A DNA stretch of 34,190 bases from a virus (IMGVR_UViG_3300020042_007960:1-34190), one strand, 5' to 3'. Counted from the stretch's first letter, positions 1 through 10,244 are shown. The notes: generated from the sequence alone by a model not told the origin. Numbers and translations: made by a program.

Positions 1-8
1 GTGGTCCA

Positions 9-1919
9 TTGACAACGTCTGGTGTATACAGTACAATGACTCTATACACAACACAGTCGGGTGCGCTAGCAAACGCAATGACGTTCTCCGCACCTACTAA
101 TAATAGCTCGGTCTACACGCTTCCAAATATTCAAAACTTGAGTTGGATACGTCTTTACCATAACTCAATTAGTGGCACCACACCATACAGAATATATCAG
201 TTTCTTCCCCGCACACTTATCCAAGTAGATGATTTAGAAGCGGACGTTATTGACGTTGTTTCGCTACGAGTTAGCGGTAGTATTGTTGTAACAGCAGATA
301 GTCTTGCAAATGGTAGTATTACCGGCGCGAAAATTATGGCTGGAACCGTGTCCGGTGTTCTTATCACCCCGGGTACTATTACGGCGAATGAAATATCCGC
401 CGGAACTATTACAGCAAATAAACTTAATGTAACCCAACTAGATGCAGTAGCCGCTAACATGGGCACGCTTATAGTAAATAGCGGAATAAGCGTAGGAACA
501 GACGGGTATATTTGGACTGGTACTGGTTCAGCAGCTACTCCCACGACCGGGTTAAAAATTTACACAACCAGTGGAGTTAGTAGACTAACTACTTATGCAA
601 GCGGTGTAGCTCAAGTAGACATTGCAAGCAATGGTAAGCTTCTTGCCGGAGCTGGGACAGTTATCCTTGATAGTGCGGGTATGACAGCCGGAAAAACTGT
701 AGTAAACAGTAACGGTATTACAGTTGGTGATTTGACGTCACTACTAAATAACAACGATGCTCTTAAAATTATGGTCAGTGGTACAAGTGGTAATAACGGG
801 GGTATTTCATTTTATAACGGAGCGTACTCCTCAGTATCCCCGCAATCAGCAATCACAACTGACGCTACAAACAACTTCGTTATAGCAAATAACGTACCGG
901 GTGGTAATTTAATTATTCAGAATGCGCCTACAGGTAACAATTCTATATATCTATACAACTCTAACGTAAACATAATGCCCACTGCAAATGACCTCAACCC
1001 AGGCGCAATATTCGGTTACCGCCGCGACGCTATTGGCACTCCATTGCTTAGGTATTATCTAGGACCTGACGGATTCTTTTTTAGAAATAATGCGGTAGAG
1101 GACATAATGGTCATAGACGCAGTCACCGGCGATATAACTACAGATGGGGGCATTTTTGCCGGAACTAGTAATAATAAATTCACTGTAGCCTCTAGTACTG
1201 GTAATACTGCAATTGCTGGTACTTTAGGCGTTACCGGACAAACAACACTTACAGGTTCCTTAGCCGCAAACGGGGGTATTACAGTAGACTCGACCGCATT
1301 TACAGTCGCTGATACAACAGGGAACACAGCAATTGCGGGTACTTTAGGCGTTACCGGACAAACAACACTTGGAGCGCTTAACGCCACGGGAGCAGTTGGT
1401 TTTGGAACATCTAGCAATAAAGTCACAATCGCAGCAGCAACAGGGAACACAGAAATTGCAGGTACTCTTGAGGTAACCGGCAAAATAACCTCCGCAGAAA
1501 TGGGTTATCTTACTGCCAGAAGAACAGCAACCCTCGCAATCACAACTGCGGGCACGACTATTGTATGGAGTGTAACAAGGTCTGCTAATATTTCTGTTTC
1601 TTCAGACACTATTACTATAGACAATGCTGGTTATTACATGTTTTCCGCTACCTTCGGAACAGTTGCCAACTTAACAAGCCTTCGTATGACTTTGCAAAGA
1701 GGCGGCGTTAATTACGTGAGTACCGTAGAAAGCGACGGTTTGAGCACCGGAGGTGGTTATATATTTAACTTTAGCACTGGATTCTATGCTACAGCGGGCT
1801 CAACTTATAAAATTGTCCTCACACCGTCTTCAAACACGACACTAAACTTCAACGGTGAGGGCTTTGCAGGACCGACTCCAATTCTGAATATATTTCAATC
1901 TATAGGTGTATTACTATGA
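9..1919 (+). CDS. Tail fibre / receptor-binding protein (probably 5'-truncated by the window edge)
   Basis: Gly/Thr/Ser-rich; 'GSITGAKI...GTITANEISAGTITANKL' fibre-shaft repeats; three 40-aa-period TGNTxIAGTLxVTG repeats; followed by a fibre chaperone gene. Confidence 0.8.
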   Translation: MTTSGVYSTMTLYTTQSGALANAMTFSAPTNNSSVYTLPNIQNLSWIRLYHNSISGTTPYRIYQFLPRTLIQVDDLEADVIDVVSLRVSGSIVVTADSLANGSITGAKIMAGTVSGVLITPGTITANEISAGTITANKLNVTQLDAVAANMGTLIVNSGISVGTDGYIWTGTGSAATPTTGLKIYTTSGVSRLTTYASGVAQVDIASNGKLLAGAGTVILDSAGMTAGKTVVNSNGITVGDLTSLLNNNDALKIMVSGTSGNNGGISFYNGAYSSVSPQSAITTDATNNFVIANNVPGGNLIIQNAPTGNNSIYLYNSNVNIMPTANDLNPGAIFGYRRDAIGTPLLRYYLGPDGFFFRNNAVEDIMVIDAVTGDITTDGGIFAGTSNNKFTVASSTGNTAIAGTLGVTGQTTLTGSLAANGGITVDSTAFTVADTTGNTAIAGTLGVTGQTTLGALNATGAVGFGTSSNKVTIAAATGNTEIAGTLEVTGKITSAEMGYLTARRTATLAITTAGTTIVWSVTRSANISVSSDTITIDNAGYYMFSATFGTVANLTSLRMTLQRGGVNYVSTVESDGLSTGGGYIFNFSTGFYATAGSTYKIVLTPSSNTTLNFNGEGFAGPTPILNIFQSIGVLL

Positions 1920-2242
1920 CTATTTTTAAAATTTATGACCCGGAAACAATTACTTTTGGGTACTGGGACGAGTATGGTACGCCGTACTCTGCCCCCTTAC
2001 CCGATGACAGCACGGTCCAAGAAAAACCGTTTACTTTAGCACAGGCGCTACGAGAATTAAGAGCCCGCCGCAATACCTATCTTTACGAATGTGACTGGAC
2101 ACAGTTACCAGATACAGGACTAAGCGCTGATAAACTATTAGAGTGGCGAGATTATAGACAGCAGTTACGAGACTTTCCAGCCTTAGTAGCGACTCAGGGA
2201 TGGGGAAATGTTCAGTGGCCAGCACAACCACTTGACAGATAA
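1916..2242 (+). CDS. Phage tail fibre assembly chaperone
   Basis: 'LRARRNTYLYECDWTQLPD...WRDYRQQLRDFP...VQWP' motif typical of this family; ATGA overlap with the fibre gene. Confidence 0.85.
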   Translation: MTIFKIYDPETITFGYWDEYGTPYSAPLPDDSTVQEKPFTLAQALRELRARRNTYLYECDWTQLPDTGLSADKLLEWRDYRQQLRDFPALVATQGWGNVQWPAQPLDR

Positions 2243-2260
2243 AAATTTATCGTGTATAAT
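2232..2260 (+). promoter_or_regulatory. Consensus sigma70-type promoter
   Basis: TTGACA (2232-2237), 17 bp, TATAAT (2255-2260). Confidence 0.8.
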
Positions 2261-2268
2261 GAGGACAG

Positions 2269-2847
2269 ATGATTACATCCGTAACTAATATTGACTATCT
2301 TATTGACTCTGTTCGTCTACGTCTAGGTGACTTTGAGGGAACAACTTATTCAACAACTCTTGTACGGACGGCAATTGTAAGTGCGGTGAAATTTTTACAA
2401 AAGCGTTGGCGTAGTAAATACCAGATTTTAATCTCCGGGTCTTACACAGGAAACAACTCTAGTGCCCCGTCCGGATATGCAGAAGCAAACACTATTGACG
2501 GTGTGGGGTACATTCCAATTGGGCTAAACGTTAATGACGCGTATAGAAACCCTTACGTTGTATTCTCACAAGAACAACCCCCAGTCATAGAACAAAACGA
2601 CGAAGATGCGATTGTTTTAGCAACAGCGTATATTATACACTTAGCTAAGCTAACAAATAGCTCTTCAACGTTTGTATCTTGGAGCACCGAAGACATTCGG
2701 TTTACAAATACAACCGCGGCAAATACCATGAGAAATGTTTTAGAAACATTACAAACCGAGTTAAACACACTGTTTGCAACACGCATTGCTCAACCAGTAA
2801 TGAGCAGACAGCCTCTAAATATAGTGACAGGAACAAAGGTTTATTAA
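2269..2847 (+). CDS. Hypothetical protein, possibly head-tail connector-like
   Basis: 192-aa ORF; N-terminal 'LIDSVRLRLGD' resembles connector/adaptor proteins; weak. Confidence 0.45.
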   Translation: MITSVTNIDYLIDSVRLRLGDFEGTTYSTTLVRTAIVSAVKFLQKRWRSKYQILISGSYTGNNSSAPSGYAEANTIDGVGYIPIGLNVNDAYRNPYVVFSQEQPPVIEQNDEDAIVLATAYIIHLAKLTNSSSTFVSWSTEDIRFTNTTAANTMRNVLETLQTELNTLFATRIAQPVMSRQPLNIVTGTKVY

Positions 2848-2857
2848 AGGAGAAAGT

Positions 2858-4054
2858 ATGGCAAGGAATTTACCAAAGATGTTGTATGTTGGAGACTTCC
2901 CAGCTCCAACGGGATTCGGGATTGTATCTCGAAATTTGATTAGTACATTTCGTAAACACTACGATATGCACATTATTGGGGTTAACTACTTTGGGGATTA
3001 TGACCCTCTTATTGAGGGCCTTAAAGTATATCCGGCCTCGGCTGGTGGTGGCGAAGTTTACGGGTTTGATAAGTTCTTCAAGCTTTTGATGCAGATAACC
3101 CCTGATGTCTGTTTTGTGTTAAATGACGTTTGGATTGCAATGGATTATAATAAACACATCACAGAGTATAAGAAGAGTTTTCCTGACAACAAAACAACGT
3201 TTGTTTTGTATACCCCAATTGACGCGGAAAATATCAAAAAAGATTTTGTGGATAGAATAGATAATTTTGACCACGTTGTAACGTATACTGAGTTTGGAAA
3301 GCGACAGCTTCTGCTCAGCGGTATTGAGCGGCCAGTTCATGTTGTACCACATGGTGTTGACCTAACTAAATTTAAACGTTTAGATAAGAAGGCTACAAAG
3401 TCTTCTATGAAAATTGGAACTGATTCGTTTGTTGTGTTGAACGTTAGTAGAAATCAACCACGCAAGCGTCTTGATATGTTCTTCTACATCTTTGCTGAAT
3501 GGGTACGTCGATACGACATACCTGATACAGTACGGTGTTACTATCATGGCGCCCTTCAAGACTACGGTATTGATATCCTTCAATGGTGTGACTACCTTGG
3601 TATTAAGGACCGCCTAGCAATCTCTCGTCCAGACCTAACGCCGGACAACGGCTTAACTGATGAGCAGATGAACATGGTGTATAACTGCGCAGACGTGTTC
3701 TTTACTACGACTGCGGCAGAAGGCTGGGGACTTCCAATTGCAGAAGCAATGGCTGTCGGCGTACCGTGTATTATTCCAAACCACTCGGCCTTAGCAGAGT
3801 GGCCGGATGGAAACGCCCTCTACACTGAGTGTTATCCATTTCCAAGCCTGACAGACCGTGGGTTAAATACAATCCACCATCTTACGGAAGTAGAGTCAGC
3901 TATTCAGGCCCTCCATAAGTTATATACGGATTCCCAGTTCCGTAAGGAACTCGGAGAAGCCTCGTATAAGCACATGCAAAGTCCTAAGTTTAACTGGGAA
4001 CGCATTGCAAAGCAATTTATGGAGATTATAAAGAATGGAAAAAACGGAGATTGA
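2858..4054 (+). CDS. Glycosyltransferase family 4 (GT-B fold)
   Basis: 'TGFG', 'VPHGVD', 'RNQPRK', 'EGWGLPIAEAMAVGVP' motifs; AAGGAG RBS. Confidence 0.9.
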   Translation: MARNLPKMLYVGDFPAPTGFGIVSRNLISTFRKHYDMHIIGVNYFGDYDPLIEGLKVYPASAGGGEVYGFDKFFKLLMQITPDVCFVLNDVWIAMDYNKHITEYKKSFPDNKTTFVLYTPIDAENIKKDFVDRIDNFDHVVTYTEFGKRQLLLSGIERPVHVVPHGVDLTKFKRLDKKATKSSMKIGTDSFVVLNVSRNQPRKRLDMFFYIFAEWVRRYDIPDTVRCYYHGALQDYGIDILQWCDYLGIKDRLAISRPDLTPDNGLTDEQMNMVYNCADVFFTTTAAEGWGLPIAEAMAVGVPCIIPNHSALAEWPDGNALYTECYPFPSLTDRGLNTIHHLTEVESAIQALHKLYTDSQFRKELGEASYKHMQSPKFNWERIAKQFMEIIKNGKNGD

Positions 4055-4196
4055 AAGCCTGGCTAAGAAGTATGCACGCAGGCTCTTGACAAAGTTGGAA
4101 GAACTTGGTATACTTAATTCTGTTGTTAGGAAATATGTTTTGGACGAGATGAATAATCTCGCGCGAGAATTATCCAACAATAATAATAATAAATGA
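4035..4196 (+). CDS. Small hypothetical protein (53 aa, MEKTEIESLAKKYARRLL...)
   Basis: Read manually; fills the intergenic gap; GGAG upstream. Confidence 0.55.
   Translation: MEKTEIESLAKKYARRLLTKLEELGILNSVVRKYVLDEMNNLARELSNNNNNK
4086..4114 (+). promoter_or_regulatory. Sigma70-type promoter upstream of the replication module
   Basis: TTGACA, 17 bp, TATACT with a TGn extended -10. Confidence 0.7.
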
Positions 4197-4220
4197 CGAA
4201 ATGAAAGAGGAACAAACAAA

Positions 4221-5030
4221 ATGGGTTTTGGAAGCATGATTAAGAATGCCGCAAGTGATGTAGGCGGCAATGACACAAAGTTACCTAATGTATTTTTGGA
4301 TATCCGCGAAGGAAAACGAACATTCCGGTTTATCCCCGATGTAAACAACCCAGGAGAGCCCATGATGGGCGAAATTGCTAATAGCATTTGGCTAGCAGTA
4401 AAGAAAGACGGTATGACTGTTCAGCGGCGTGTTTTCCTTGACGCGGCTGGTGAGCGACTTATCCCAACTGACAGTGCTGAAAAGATTAAACGGCGGTTCT
4501 TTATTAACGTTTACGACCGCACCCGTGTGGTTAAGTTTCCTGATGGTAGTGTTCTTTATCCGAACGTGAAGAACGAGTTTTGGAAGCGTGAGGGTGACCG
4601 AACTACTCAAGTTACGGACATCAAGCCAGAGCCTAATAACAAGATTATGGTTCTTGAAGGCAGTGTTTCTCTTCGTGCTGACCGTCGTGGTGGGTTGTTG
4701 AATGAAATTGACGACCTCTCTAAGACATTGTTTGCAGAGGACGGTATGACCCTAATTCCTATTACTGAAGTAGACATCGAAATGGTTACACGCGGTACTG
4801 GACTTAGTACAACACGAACAGTGCATCCCGGTATGAATCGTGAAGCGTTCCCACAGACTGCTATGCAACTTCCGTTGTATGACCTGAATACCTTTACGAA
4901 GCCCTGGCCAGTGGCAGCAATTAAAGAAATCTTGGGTGGTATCGAATACTCAGAAGTTCTTAAGAAATATAATATTCCAGTTATCCCACAGATGGGTGTC
5001 GCTTCTACAGAAGAACCCTCACTGTTCTAG
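4221..5030 (+). CDS. Putative single-stranded DNA-binding protein (gp32-like)
   Basis: 'RTFRFIP' and 'KRRFFINVYDR' segments; acidic-then-aromatic C-terminus (EEPSLF); lies just before primase/helicase. Confidence 0.6.
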   Translation: MGFGSMIKNAASDVGGNDTKLPNVFLDIREGKRTFRFIPDVNNPGEPMMGEIANSIWLAVKKDGMTVQRRVFLDAAGERLIPTDSAEKIKRRFFINVYDRTRVVKFPDGSVLYPNVKNEFWKREGDRTTQVTDIKPEPNNKIMVLEGSVSLRADRRGGLLNEIDDLSKTLFAEDGMTLIPITEVDIEMVTRGTGLSTTRTVHPGMNREAFPQTAMQLPLYDLNTFTKPWPVAAIKEILGGIEYSEVLKKYNIPVIPQMGVASTEEPSLF

Positions 5031-5042
5031 TCCACTTAACAA

Positions 5043-5076
5043 GGGGGCGTATGATTCATACGCCCCCAAGATTTTT
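5043..5076 (+). terminator. Hairpin / intrinsic terminator after the SSB gene
   Basis: GGGGGCGTATG-att-CATACGCCCCC 11-bp stem, then aagattttt. Confidence 0.65.
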
Positions 5077-5090
5077 ATTGAAGGGACAAT

Positions 5091-5969
5091 ATGAGCTATA
5101 AAACGGAATGTCCCCGATGTGGTGGTAATGATTTTTATGTGACACCTGCTAACGGAGTTGGCTACTGCTTTCACTGTACATACTTTGAGAGAGATGGTGA
5201 CAAAAAATCAGAAGATACTTCACTAGAATGTGCGGTACCCGTCATCAGGGCCTTATATAAAAAATTGACCGAGTACTATCACAGTTGTATCACGCCTGAG
5301 GTACGTAAGTATCTTCATAAGCGGGGATACACTGATACAATGATAGAGGAATTAAAACTAGGGTATATACCTGACGAGAATAGGTCAGATATAGACAACA
5401 CACTTGGGAGAGATAGCGGTCTTTATGCGGGTGGTAAAGCAGTGCTAGGAAACAGAATTTCTTTTCCCTACATTGCAGACAACACAATTGTTGATATACG
5501 CGGTCGAGCTATGGACACGGAAGACCCAATTCGGTATAAATCACCGCTGGGTTCTGCACACCTGCGTGGTGCAGACTACCCGTATAACTATAAAGATAGC
5601 CAAGCTGACCATGTTATTACAGAGGGCGAGATTAAAGCCGCGATAGCGTCGCAGAATGGGGTAGCTTGCGTAGCTGTCCCGGGTATCGTGTCGTGGAGAC
5701 CTAAGTTAAGTGGCGTACAGAAGCAAACAATTGTGTTTGATTCAACACGGAATAAATCAACGCGTGAAATTACATATCGTGCAATCGATAAACTTGCTCA
5801 CAGACTGTATAATCCGCACGTAGCTATGCTACCACTACGCGGTAATGATAAGATGGATATAGACTCGTTTATAATAGCATATGGTGCAGGAGAATTTCGC
5901 ACTATTATTAACAGTGCGCTACCATATGAGGACTGGGCAAAAATACAAAGGAGAAGAAATGTACACTGA
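5091..5969 (+). CDS. DNA primase (Zn finger + TOPRIM)
   Basis: CPRC...CFHC; 'YLHKRG', 'RISFPY', 'IRGR', 'ITEGEIKA', 'MDID'. Confidence 0.88.
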   Translation: MSYKTECPRCGGNDFYVTPANGVGYCFHCTYFERDGDKKSEDTSLECAVPVIRALYKKLTEYYHSCITPEVRKYLHKRGYTDTMIEELKLGYIPDENRSDIDNTLGRDSGLYAGGKAVLGNRISFPYIADNTIVDIRGRAMDTEDPIRYKSPLGSAHLRGADYPYNYKDSQADHVITEGEIKAAIASQNGVACVAVPGIVSWRPKLSGVQKQTIVFDSTRNKSTREITYRAIDKLAHRLYNPHVAMLPLRGNDKMDIDSFIIAYGAGEFRTIINSALPYEDWAKIQRRRNVH

Positions 5970-7152
5970 TATTACAGCTGAATGGAGACTTCTAGCCAGC
6001 ATTGTTGATAATCCAGAAGTAATGCATTCCATTACAAAGGAAATTTTTACAGAAGAGCGTCAGTTTATTTTAGAGGCGATGCGTGGCGCCTACATTAAAT
6101 ACGGTGAACTTACCTATGAGGGTCTTCGACTAGCATTAAAGGGTGAGGTTCCCGCGGAACTTACGAGTGGTGTTGTGGCAAATCAGCGAGCTCTTATTGA
6201 TGAGCTTGTGTTAGTTGCAAGACGACGTCAACTGCTTCAAGCGTCAAGAGAACTTGAGATACAAAGTAAACGCTTCGAGCCTGACGAGTCAGCGATTAAT
6301 CAAGCTTTAGAATTTGAACCCCTGGCGCCAACATCTGACTCAACAATTGTTCCTGGCGCACAGCGAATGTTAGGTGACCTATTCCGTAAGGCTAACGGTC
6401 AGTATCAGTTTGTCCATACTGGGCTAAAATTTCTTGATACTATGCTAGGCGGAGAGTGGATGCCGAAGACGCTTACCGTCCTTATGGCTAAGCCAGGTAC
6501 TGGAAAAACAGCGCTTGTTGGGCAGTCTATGCTAGAAATGGCTATGCGCTATAATATACCGTCGCTTCTTATTAGTCTAGAAATGGCTAAAGAACAACTT
6601 GTAATGCGCTGGGTATCCTACATGCTTGAGATTGACTCCGCAAATCTATTGATTGGGCGAATTACTACTCAACAACGGCAGCAGATTGAAGATGCGGTTA
6701 TTAAACTACAGCAACTACCACTGCACGTTATTGACACCCCAACAATTAAACTAGACCAGATTAAGAAAGAGATTAAAGACTTTGCAATGACCGGCGGTAA
6801 GGTAGTATTTTTGGATTACATCCAGATTGTAAATCACTTCAATACCGGACTGCGCAACTATGACTTAGGTGAGGTTGCTCAAGCGCTTAAAGAAAGCGCG
6901 AAAGAAAACAATATTGCAGTTGTCGCGCTCTCGCAAATGAATAAGGGTAAGGACGGCGGGTTAGACTCAGTTCGTGACTCTGGTGAAATTTCGCAGATTT
7001 CCGACACGGTTATTGAGCTTTCACCTATTGATGAGTTTGTTGACGACACGGGTATGCGCGGGATTAGCATTAAGTTCCATAAGAATCGTAATGGCCGCCT
7101 AGGAACGTCATCAGCAGCTTTTAACGGGGCCTTCCAAAAGTTTATAGCATGA
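5959..7152 (+). CDS. dnaB: DnaB-like replicative helicase
   Basis: Walker A AKPGTGKT, 'SLEM', 'FLDYIQ', 'LSQMN', 'KNRNG'; start moved to ATG 5959 behind AAGGAG. Confidence 0.92.
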   Translation: MYTDITAEWRLLASIVDNPEVMHSITKEIFTEERQFILEAMRGAYIKYGELTYEGLRLALKGEVPAELTSGVVANQRALIDELVLVARRRQLLQASRELEIQSKRFEPDESAINQALEFEPLAPTSDSTIVPGAQRMLGDLFRKANGQYQFVHTGLKFLDTMLGGEWMPKTLTVLMAKPGTGKTALVGQSMLEMAMRYNIPSLLISLEMAKEQLVMRWVSYMLEIDSANLLIGRITTQQRQQIEDAVIKLQQLPLHVIDTPTIKLDQIKKEIKDFAMTGGKVVFLDYIQIVNHFNTGLRNYDLGEVAQALKESAKENNIAVVALSQMNKGKDGGLDSVRDSGEISQISDTVIELSPIDEFVDDTGMRGISIKFHKNRNGRLGTSSAAFNGAFQKFIA

Positions 7153-7757
7153 GGCGAGTAACAAGAGACCCTGCGCCAATTACAAGTAAAGGAAACTTTA
7201 AGAAAGTAGACGAGCGCAGAAAAGAAATAAATAGGTTAAATAGACAGCGGGCTAAAGCGATGGAACGCCGCGTAGCTCGTTATCTAGATGGAACTCAAAC
7301 TCCTCAGTCTGGAGCCGGCTCAGCAAAAGGCGATATTCTTATTGACTTTATAAATCGCCCAGGGAAGTACATGATTGAGTGCAAAATGAGCTCACTGCGG
7401 CGGAATAATATCCCAAAATTACAATTAACCAAGGCCTGGATACCTAAGATGATATCTGATGCTAAAGCAATGCGGGCATTGTTTCCTGTGCTTGTGTACC
7501 ATTACCATGAAAAAGCTGGGGACTATATTGTAATTAACTGCACAGATTTACATAAGATAAACGTGTACCCGGAGAAGTTAGATACTACAGAGCCTAATAG
7601 AAAAGAACATGATACCTATTCAAAGAGTGCGGTGTTTTTCTCAACCTGGTCAGACGTTTGTAAATCCCCGCCATACTACTCTTTACTTTCCATAGATAAT
7701 GTGTTATACTATCACATGACACTAGAATATTTTAGGGATATAGTAAAGGATACGTAA
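7149..7757 (+). CDS. PD-(D/E)XK endonuclease, Holliday junction resolvase-like
   Basis: 'MERRVARYL...SGAG..KGDI...IECK' Hjc-like motif order. Confidence 0.7.
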   Translation: MRRVTRDPAPITSKGNFKKVDERRKEINRLNRQRAKAMERRVARYLDGTQTPQSGAGSAKGDILIDFINRPGKYMIECKMSSLRRNNIPKLQLTKAWIPKMISDAKAMRALFPVLVYHYHEKAGDYIVINCTDLHKINVYPEKLDTTEPNRKEHDTYSKSAVFFSTWSDVCKSPPYYSLLSIDNVLYYHMTLEYFRDIVKDT

Positions 7758-8099
7758 ATGGCTAAAGAGCTATTGGTTACTGAGTCAGTTTTTTCTGAGA
7801 TAATGGGCAGGGACGTGGGTATCACGGTTCGCTCAAAGAGCAATGAAGTCTGGCATAAGTTTGATGGAGTTACTCTGCTTAAGGTAGAGAATCAAAAATC
7901 AACAGGAATGAAGAACGCACCGGACAAGCGTATGCGAGATACAAAAGCGTACACGCCTCCAATGATAGCACTTAATTTTTCCGGCGGAAACAATCTCGTA
8001 TTTATCGTTGAGGACTTCGCACTAGTAGCACGTTACAGAGGTGTTAGTTTTGTATTTGAGGACTATTTTGTTGATATAGTAGAATGGGAACAGAAATGA
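7758..8099 (+). CDS. Hypothetical protein
   Basis: 113-aa ORF, AAGGA RBS, abuts both neighbours. Confidence 0.7.
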   Translation: MAKELLVTESVFSEIMGRDVGITVRSKSNEVWHKFDGVTLLKVENQKSTGMKNAPDKRMRDTKAYTPPMIALNFSGGNNLVFIVEDFALVARYRGVSFVFEDYFVDIVEWEQK

Positions 8100-10027
8100 A
8101 CTACACGATTATAACAACTGAAGGCCAGTTGCATCGAATGCTCGGTGAGCTGAGTTCAGCAACGGTTATCTTTGTTGATACAGAAACAACACATCTAGAC
8201 CCATATCGTGCTAAGCTTTTGATGATTCAAATTCATGCAGAGAATATCGGAACGTTTGTTGTAGACTGTACGACCGGGATTAATGTAAAACTACTAAACA
8301 CACTGTGGAGCAATGACTTTCTTATCAAAGTTTTTCATAACGCGGCGTATGACGTCAAGATTATTTTTCACAACTGTGGTGTTTTGATTAAGAATGTCTA
8401 TGATACTATGATTACAGAGCGGATGCTAACCGCAGGTTTTATTAAATTACAGGCTTCACTGCTTGCAGTCGCTGAGCGTCGCTTAAACATTAAGTTAGAT
8501 AAGTCTGTACGAGCGACGTTTACTGAGAGCGAGATATCTGAGCTAAGCAAAGAACAGATAGAATACGCAGTCAATGACGTTCTTGTTCTTCCTGAAATCA
8601 GACGCCAGCAGTTAGCAGAGATTGAGCAACACCAGCTACAAAATGTTCATGCTCTTGAGATGGAGCTTTGTCCAATTACCTCGCTCATAGAGTACACAGG
8701 GATGCCGTTTGACGCGGGCCACTTACATACTTTAGAACCAAAGTTTGCGCACATTATTAAAGAAGCAGAGCGAGTACTTCAGGACATGTTTATCAATGCG
8801 GGAGTGTGTAACCAGATTATCTTTAGTAAAGAGGGCTACACAGGATTTAACCCCTCTTCAACCCAGCAGATGATAGAGCTGTTTAATAAAGTTGGTATTG
8901 GAATTGAAAGTCTTAATGCTAAGCTAGTTATGCAGTGGGATTTTAAAAACCGGCGCACTGCTAAAAACTTTGCAATTGACTTTACCGACTTTAGTGACGA
9001 TATTGACATAAGTGATGCGATGGATAAGTTTGGTAGCTTTGAGAATAAGTATCTTCAAGCCTATTCATTTTACGTAGCCGCTAAGAAAATTCACGGCACA
9101 TACGTCAAAGCATTACCGCTTATGGAAAACCCTGTAACAAAGCGTATTCACTGCTCGTTTAATCAGTATGGCGCGGCAACAGGCCGGTTTTCCAGTTCCT
9201 CACCAAATCTACAGAACATTCCCTCTGACCAGAAGATGCGTAACCTCGGTGTTGATTCGAGTATTCGCCACTCATTCAGAGTGAAAGACGGGCGCAATCT
9301 TATTATTGCCGACTACTCAACTATTGAGTTGGTTATTATTGCAGATGCAAGTGGTGACCAGGGGCTTATTAATAATCTTGAAGACTTACATACCTTCGTA
9401 GCCCGGGAAGTGCTGGGGGTCAAGGATATTACTGAAAAAAATAAGAAGGAACTTCCGTATAGAATCTGGCGTGACATTGCAAAAATGGTAAACTATTCCA
9501 TTGCATATAACGTTGGTGGTAATAGTCTAAGCAAACAGATGTCTGTCTTGATGGCGCCCCTCGGAGAAAAGATGTCCTCTGAGCGTGCTGATAAGATTAT
9601 TGACGACTGGAAAGGGAGATTTCCACAGGCCGCTGAGTGGTTGAAGAACAGTGCGCGGTCTGTTGTTTTATATGGTGAGGTTACAGATAGTTTTGGTAGA
9701 AAGCGTTTCTGGGACAGGACTGAGTTTTACGATAAATGGAAGAGGGCCTCCGCCGAACGAGAAGCCATGAACTTTCCAATTCAGGCCCTCTCTGCTTCAA
9801 TGGTAAAGCTTGCTTTAATTGGCACGCACAATCGGCTTAACTTAAAAAAAGGGCGCATTGTATCAACAGTACATGACGAAATTATCGTAGAAGCCGGGAC
9901 TGCATATGCAATTGAGGCCGCACAAATATTAAAAGAAGAAATGGAAAAAGCAGCGCAACGAGTACTTCCTAATTTAGGTAGTACAGTATTAGTTACGCCA
10001 GCTATATCAGATAAATATGACAAGTAA
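8096..10027 (+). CDS. polA: Family A DNA polymerase with 3'-5' exonuclease domain
   Basis: ExoI DTET, ExoII HNAAYD, ExoIII YAVND; 'TGRFSSSSPNLQNIP'; motif A ADYSTIEL; motif B RDIAKMVNYSIAY; motif C VHDE; ATGA overlap start. Confidence 0.95.
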   Translation: MNYTIITTEGQLHRMLGELSSATVIFVDTETTHLDPYRAKLLMIQIHAENIGTFVVDCTTGINVKLLNTLWSNDFLIKVFHNAAYDVKIIFHNCGVLIKNVYDTMITERMLTAGFIKLQASLLAVAERRLNIKLDKSVRATFTESEISELSKEQIEYAVNDVLVLPEIRRQQLAEIEQHQLQNVHALEMELCPITSLIEYTGMPFDAGHLHTLEPKFAHIIKEAERVLQDMFINAGVCNQIIFSKEGYTGFNPSSTQQMIELFNKVGIGIESLNAKLVMQWDFKNRRTAKNFAIDFTDFSDDIDISDAMDKFGSFENKYLQAYSFYVAAKKIHGTYVKALPLMENPVTKRIHCSFNQYGAATGRFSSSSPNLQNIPSDQKMRNLGVDSSIRHSFRVKDGRNLIIADYSTIELVIIADASGDQGLINNLEDLHTFVAREVLGVKDITEKNKKELPYRIWRDIAKMVNYSIAYNVGGNSLSKQMSVLMAPLGEKMSSERADKIIDDWKGRFPQAAEWLKNSARSVVLYGEVTDSFGRKRFWDRTEFYDKWKRASAEREAMNFPIQALSASMVKLALIGTHNRLNLKKGRIVSTVHDEIIVEAGTAYAIEAAQILKEEMEKAAQRVLPNLGSTVLVTPAISDKYDK

Positions 10028-10244
10028 GGAGACTGAAGATTATGGATTTCTTCTCAAGGGAAGACAAGTGGGAGATAATTATTGGGTCGATTATTTTTTT
10101 TATAGTCCTACCATTGACGATTTGGTTTTACGTGAAACCCTGGTTGGACGAACTCGGTTAGAGGCTTACGCAAAAGCATCAGCAACAATTAGAGGACATT
10201 TAGGAGGATTTGAATGGCAAGAGTTATTACGTTCGATGGAATGA
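10017..10244 (+). CDS. Hypothetical protein
   Basis: 75-aa ORF overlapping both neighbours in operon fashion. Confidence 0.6.
   Translation: MTSKETEDYGFLLKGRQVGDNYWVDYFFYSPTIDDLVLRETLVGRTRLEAYAKASATIRGHLGGFEWQELLRSME

Noticed and set aside
197-1483. Antisense ORFs within the tail fibre, and similar ones inside pstS, recA, polA and the cassette genes
   Set aside because: Shadow ORFs produced by codon bias; no RBS or motifs
9-1919. Diversity-generating retroelement target in the tail fibre
   Set aside because: No reverse transcriptase and no adenine-specific template/variable repeat pair seen in the window
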